Shown one piece after another: positions 60,270-64,000 of a stretch of DNA of 64,000 nucleotides. Origin of the DNA: an uncultured Alphaproteobacteria bacterium (GTDB taxonomy: Bacteria > Pseudomonadota > Alphaproteobacteria > Methylaequorales > Methylaequoraceae); NCBI GenBank assembly GCA_902536655.1, contig CACAYF010000009.1:3122-67121 (forward strand), in the 5' to 3' direction. Made by a program: the position numbers and the translations under genes. Positions within the stretch are counted from its first letter, which is position 1. Every line of letters begins with the position of its first letter. Below the pieces are notes generated by a model. It saw only the letters and a program-made list of their open reading frames with translations, was not told where the DNA came from and did not search any database.

Positions 60270-61209
60270 ATTTATTCTTTGTTCATTAATTATTATTTGT
60301 TTCAGCCCCCTGATCCCTAAAGAACTGGCGTTTATTACAAATCAAGAAAGTAATATGCTAGATGTAATTGATTTAACAATTCAAGAAAAAATTAAAGAGA
60401 TTGAGTTAGGGAAGAAACCTGCTGCAATATTTATTGATTCAGGGTCAAGAAAAATTTTTGTTTCAAATCCTGATAGCAATAATATTTCAGTTTTAGATCT
60501 ATATGATGAGTCACATTTTTTTATTGAAGCTGGGAACAGTCCACTGGGAATTTCATTTGATAGTTCAAAAAATAATATATTCGTGTCTAATTGGTATGAT
60601 GATGTAATTTCAGTTATAGATTTTGTGACAAAGAAAAAAAAACATGAAATTAAGGTGGGACAATCACCAGCTGGCATTTATTTTGATAAAAAAAATCAAA
60701 AACTTTATGTTGCAAATAGGGAAAGTAATAATGTTTCATTAATTGACACAGAAAATTTTGAAGTTTTAAAATCTTTAAATGTGGAAAATTCACCATTTGG
60801 AGTTTATTCAGAAGATTATTTAGACTATATTGTTGTCACAAATGTTCAATCAAGTTCTGTATCAATTATTGAAAAAAAGAGTTTTAATTTGCTAAAGAAT
60901 ATAAACGTCGGTAAGTGGCCATATTCTGCAGTTCACGATAAAAAAAATAACAATTTATACATCACAAACCAAAGAGACGACAGTATCTCAATAATTAACA
61001 TGGACAAAAGAGAAAATGTTAAAACATTGGTTGATGTATGCGAATACCCTGAGGGAATTGATATAAGTTACACTCAAAATTTAATTGTTGTTGCGTGTTG
61101 GTTTGAAGACAATATTATTTTAATAAATTTAAACGATTTTAGTGTAAAAAAAAAAATAGAAACCTCTGGAGGGCCAAGAGCATTTGGAAGTTTTATAATA
61201 AAAAAATAA
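60223..61209 (+). CDS. YVTN-family beta-propeller repeat protein (secreted)
   Basis: It has at least six ~40-aa repeats ending (F/Y)V(S/T/A)N....(S/I)(V/I)(L/I)D (KIFVSNPDSNNISVLD, NIFVSNWYDDVISVID, KLYVANRESNNVSLID, YIVVTNVQSSSVSIIE, NLYITNQRDDSISIIN, LIVVACWFEDNIILIN). Confidence 0.75.
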   Translation: MLKILMDSKKLLKKIKFILCSLIIICFSPLIPKELAFITNQESNMLDVIDLTIQEKIKEIELGKKPAAIFIDSGSRKIFVSNPDSNNISVLDLYDESHFFIEAGNSPLGISFDSSKNNIFVSNWYDDVISVIDFVTKKKKHEIKVGQSPAGIYFDKKNQKLYVANRESNNVSLIDTENFEVLKSLNVENSPFGVYSEDYLDYIVVTNVQSSSVSIIEKKSFNLLKNINVGKWPYSAVHDKKNNNLYITNQRDDSISIINMDKRENVKTLVDVCEYPEGIDISYTQNLIVVACWFEDNIILINLNDFSVKKKIETSGGPRAFGSFIIKK

Positions 61210-61210
61210 A

Positions 61211-63175
61211 ATGAATAAATTGGAAAAAGAAAAATTACGATATATGTCTAATGTAATTAGAGGTCTTTCTATAGACGCTGTAGAAAAAGCAAATTCTGGT
61301 CACCCCGGAATGCCCCTTGGAATGTCAGATGTGGCCACGGTTTTATTTTCAAAATATCTTAAATTTGATCCACATAACCCTGACTGGTTAAACAGAGATA
61401 GATTTGTATTATCCGCTGGTCATGGATCAATGCTACTTTATGCTCTCTCATATTTAGTTGGTTATAAGGATTGTAGTCTTAATCAATTAAAAAGTTTTAG
61501 ACAACTTGGAAGCAAAACTGCTGGTCATCCTGAGTACGGTTTATTAAAATGCATTGAAACAACAACTGGTCCACTTGGACAAGGATTAGCTAACGGTGTT
61601 GGCATGGCTCTAGCAGAAAAAATTTTAAATAAAAAATATGGTAAATTAGTTGATCATAAAACTTGGGTTATTGTCGGTGATGGTTGCTTAATGGAGGGAA
61701 TTTCACAGGAAGCAATTTCATTTGCAGGACACAAAAAGTTAAATAAATTGATAGTTCTATTTGATGACAACAAAATTTCTATTGATGGTTCCACTGATAT
61801 AACTTGTTCAGACGATCAAGAAAAAAGATTCAGAGCTAGTAATTGGAATACGATGAAGATAGATGGTCACAATTTTAGCGAAATAAACAATGCTTTTAAA
61901 CATGCAACAAGATCTTCCAAACCAACTCTTATTTGCTGTAAAACGGTTATTGGTTATGGTTCCCCAAATAAATCTGGTAAAGAAAGTTCTCATGGGGCGC
62001 CACTTGGAAGTATTGAAGCAAAACTAACAAAAGAAAATCTGAATTTAATAGAAAAAAGTTTTGTAGTTCCAGATAAAATTCTAAGTAATTGGAGAAGTCT
62101 AAAGACAAAAGGAAAAAAAAATAGAGAAAATTGGGAAATTCGATTAAAAAGTTCACGCCTTCGAAAAGATCTTCTTAAACAAATGAAGAAAAGAAAATTT
62201 GAAAGATCCAAGGATGCTTTCTTATTTTTAGAAAATATATCAAAAAATATTAAAAATGAAGCAACGAGAAAATCATCTCAAAACACATTAGAATTTTTCA
62301 ATAAGAAGATTGAAAATCTTATTGGTGGTTCTGCTGATCTAACGGGATCGAATCTCACAAAGATTTCTTCATCAAATTTATATGGAAAAAATACAAATTA
62401 TATCCACTATGGTGTAAGAGAACACTTGATGTCCGGAGCAATGAATGGTTTAGCAGTTCATGGAGGGTTTATTCCATATGGCGGAACATTTTTAGTTTTC
62501 TCAGACTACTGTAAGAATTCAATTCGTCTTTCAGCTATGATGAAACAACAAATTATATATGTGTTTACACATGACTCAATAGGTCTCGGTGAAGATGGTC
62601 CGACACATCAGCCTATTGAACACTTACCAGCATTGAGAGCAATTCCCAATCTGAATGTATTTAGGCCATGTGATGCAATTGAGACATTTGAGGCATGGGA
62701 AATAGCACTTAACTCTAAAAGTACTCCAACAGTCCTTGCTTTATCAAGGCAGAAACTTCCATTGCTAAGGAAAAAATTTAAAAAAAATTTATCTATTAAA
62801 GGTGGGTACATCTTAGACCAACAAAAAAATAATAAAATTACTTTGATTGCAACTGGTTCTGAAGTTTCATTGGGATCTGATATTCAAAATTCATTACTTA
62901 AGAAAAAAATTAAGTCAAATTTAGTTTCTATTCCATGTTTAGAATTATTTGATAAACAAGACAAAAAATATAAAGAAAAGGTTCTTGGAAACAAAACAAG
63001 AGTTATAATTGAAGCGTCAAGCACTCAAAGTTGGTACAAATTTGCAAGAGAGAATGACTTAATTTTTGGAATCGATAAATTTGGAGAATCTGGTAAAGCA
63101 GAGGACTTATTTGATTATTTTGGATTAACAACTGAAAAAGTAGTAAATAAAATTATGAAAAAAGTTAAACTATGA
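61211..63175 (+). CDS. tkt: Transketolase
   Basis: 654 aa with the N-terminal TPP motif GHPGMPLGMSDVA, GDGCLMEG and the transketolase C-terminal domain. Confidence 0.95.
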   Translation: MNKLEKEKLRYMSNVIRGLSIDAVEKANSGHPGMPLGMSDVATVLFSKYLKFDPHNPDWLNRDRFVLSAGHGSMLLYALSYLVGYKDCSLNQLKSFRQLGSKTAGHPEYGLLKCIETTTGPLGQGLANGVGMALAEKILNKKYGKLVDHKTWVIVGDGCLMEGISQEAISFAGHKKLNKLIVLFDDNKISIDGSTDITCSDDQEKRFRASNWNTMKIDGHNFSEINNAFKHATRSSKPTLICCKTVIGYGSPNKSGKESSHGAPLGSIEAKLTKENLNLIEKSFVVPDKILSNWRSLKTKGKKNRENWEIRLKSSRLRKDLLKQMKKRKFERSKDAFLFLENISKNIKNEATRKSSQNTLEFFNKKIENLIGGSADLTGSNLTKISSSNLYGKNTNYIHYGVREHLMSGAMNGLAVHGGFIPYGGTFLVFSDYCKNSIRLSAMMKQQIIYVFTHDSIGLGEDGPTHQPIEHLPALRAIPNLNVFRPCDAIETFEAWEIALNSKSTPTVLALSRQKLPLLRKKFKKNLSIKGGYILDQQKNNKITLIATGSEVSLGSDIQNSLLKKKIKSNLVSIPCLELFDKQDKKYKEKVLGNKTRVIIEASSTQSWYKFARENDLIFGIDKFGESGKAEDLFDYFGLTTEKVVNKIMKKVKL

Positions 63176-64000
63176 TTACCCTCAAGAAAAAATTTTCAGA
63201 CTCTTATAATTTTGTTTTTAATAAAACAGTTATGATGAGAGTTGATTTGAATGTACCAATAAATGACGATAAAATAACTGATTCAACAAGAATATCTAAA
63301 ATAGTTCCTACAATTTTAAGTCTTCTAGAACAAAAAGCCAAAATTATTATTGTTACACACCTTGGAAGACCAAAAGGCGACTGGAATGAAAATTTTTCTT
63401 TGAGTATTTTAGTAAAAGAAATTGAATTACTTACTGAAAAGAAAGTTCTTTTTTTTAAAAACAATATTAAAAATGTTAAAAGGCAAGATATCAATGAAAA
63501 ATTTAAAGATCATGATTTAATTTTGCTAGAAAATATTAGGTTTTACGCTGAAGAGGAAAAGAATGAAGAAAAGTTCGTAAAGAAATTATCCTCTTTTGCC
63601 GATATATTTATAAATGAATGTTTTTCTTGCAGTCATAGAGCTCATGCATCTATCTCAGGAGTTCCTAAATTCCTTCCATCTTTTCCTGGAAAACTTCTTG
63701 AAAACGAGATCTTAAACCTAAAAAATCTATTCCTAGTTAAAAATGAAAATGAGGGAGTAGCGGTATTTGGTGGTTCCAAGATTTCAACAAAACTTAAACT
63801 TATAGAGTTTTACGCGAGGAGATTTTCAAAAGTATTAGTTGGTGGGGCGATGGCTAATACAGTTCTATACTCTAAAGGCATTGATATTGGAATATCTTTA
63901 CATGAAAAACGAATGAGTCAGTTTTGCGATGATTTAATGAAAGAATATAAAGAAAAAATTTTATTGCCTATTGATGCTATTGTTATAGACAAAAAATTTA
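63172..64000 (+). CDS. pgk: Phosphoglycerate kinase. Only the N-terminal ~276 aa are in the window; the gene continues past the right edge.
   Basis: I translated it by hand as MITLKKKFSDSYNFVFNKTVMMRVDLNVP...IIIVTHLGRPKG..., the PGK N-terminal signature. The start overlaps the tkt stop (ATGA). It is absent from the ORF track because it is truncated. Confidence 0.85.
   Translation, partial: MITLKKKFSDSYNFVFNKTVMMRVDLNVPINDDKITDSTRISKIVPTILSLLEQKAKIIIVTHLGRPKGDWNENFSLSILVKEIELLTEKKVLFFKNNIKNVKRQDINEKFKDHDLILLENIRFYAEEEKNEEKFVKKLSSFADIFINECFSCSHRAHASISGVPKFLPSFPGKLLENEILNLKNLFLVKNENEGVAVFGGSKISTKLKLIEFYARRFSKVLVGGAMANTVLYSKGIDIGISLHEKRMSQFCDDLMKEYKEKILLPIDAIVIDKKF

Noticed and set aside
1-64000. 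A search for CRISPR arrays, integrases, transposases, phage structural genes, restriction-modification systems and other known defence systems
   Set aside because: There are no regularly spaced direct repeats and no recognisable recombinase or transposase ORFs. The only repeats seen are the intragenic 111-bp coiled-coil repeats.

Overview
This is a 64 kb, very AT-rich and extremely gene-dense window of bacterial chromosome, with about 70 genes. It shows no transposases, integrases, CRISPR arrays or phage structural genes. Many adjacent genes overlap or abut by 1-30 bp, and most homopolymers are A/T runs.

Gene order and content point to a streamlined marine alphaproteobacterium, plausibly Pelagibacterales/SAR11; that attribution is inference, not proven. 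The pointers are the dgt-argS-SPOR-nagZ-scpA-scpB-tatA-tatB-tatC-serS-pcm-nlpD block, mfd-sdhE-recG, yajC-secD-secF, a Ni-superoxide dismutase with its maturation protease, and tight overlapping genes.

Most of the window is housekeeping: gyrA, ssb, uvrA, mfd, recG, valS, argS, serS, ilvD, tkt, pgk, three tRNAs and the Tat and Sec components.

Regions that stand out are:
- **Cyclic-nucleotide operon (1-4341, minus strand).** Five genes: a Lys-rich small protein, DUF192, a 37-aa-repeat coiled-coil protein, a GAF-GAF class III nucleotidyl cyclase with a TPR tail, and an HD/class-I-PDE-like phosphohydrolase whose start overlaps the cyclase stop.
- **Putative repair pair (54452-56498).** A Cas4/RecB-like Cys-rich nuclease overlaps an ATP-dependent DNA ligase.
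- **Radical-SAM repair cluster (51358-53924).** A secreted methyltransferase, an MTA/SAH-nucleosidase-like protein with a C-terminal extension, and a spore-photoproduct-lyase (SplB) orthologue, tightly coupled. It lies at the end of a long cysK / 3-mercaptopyruvate sulfurtransferase / metC operon that also carries an NDUFS4-like gene.
- **Surface-glycan/export cluster (43225-47512).** An epimerase, a family 2 glycosyltransferase, ABC-2 exporter genes and a secreted beta-propeller sit immediately downstream of a tRNA-Cys/tRNA-Asn pair.

Several genes are missing from the ORF track: tatA, the partial HD/PDE gene at the left edge and the partial pgk at the right edge. Two listed ORFs are artificially extended across tRNA genes.
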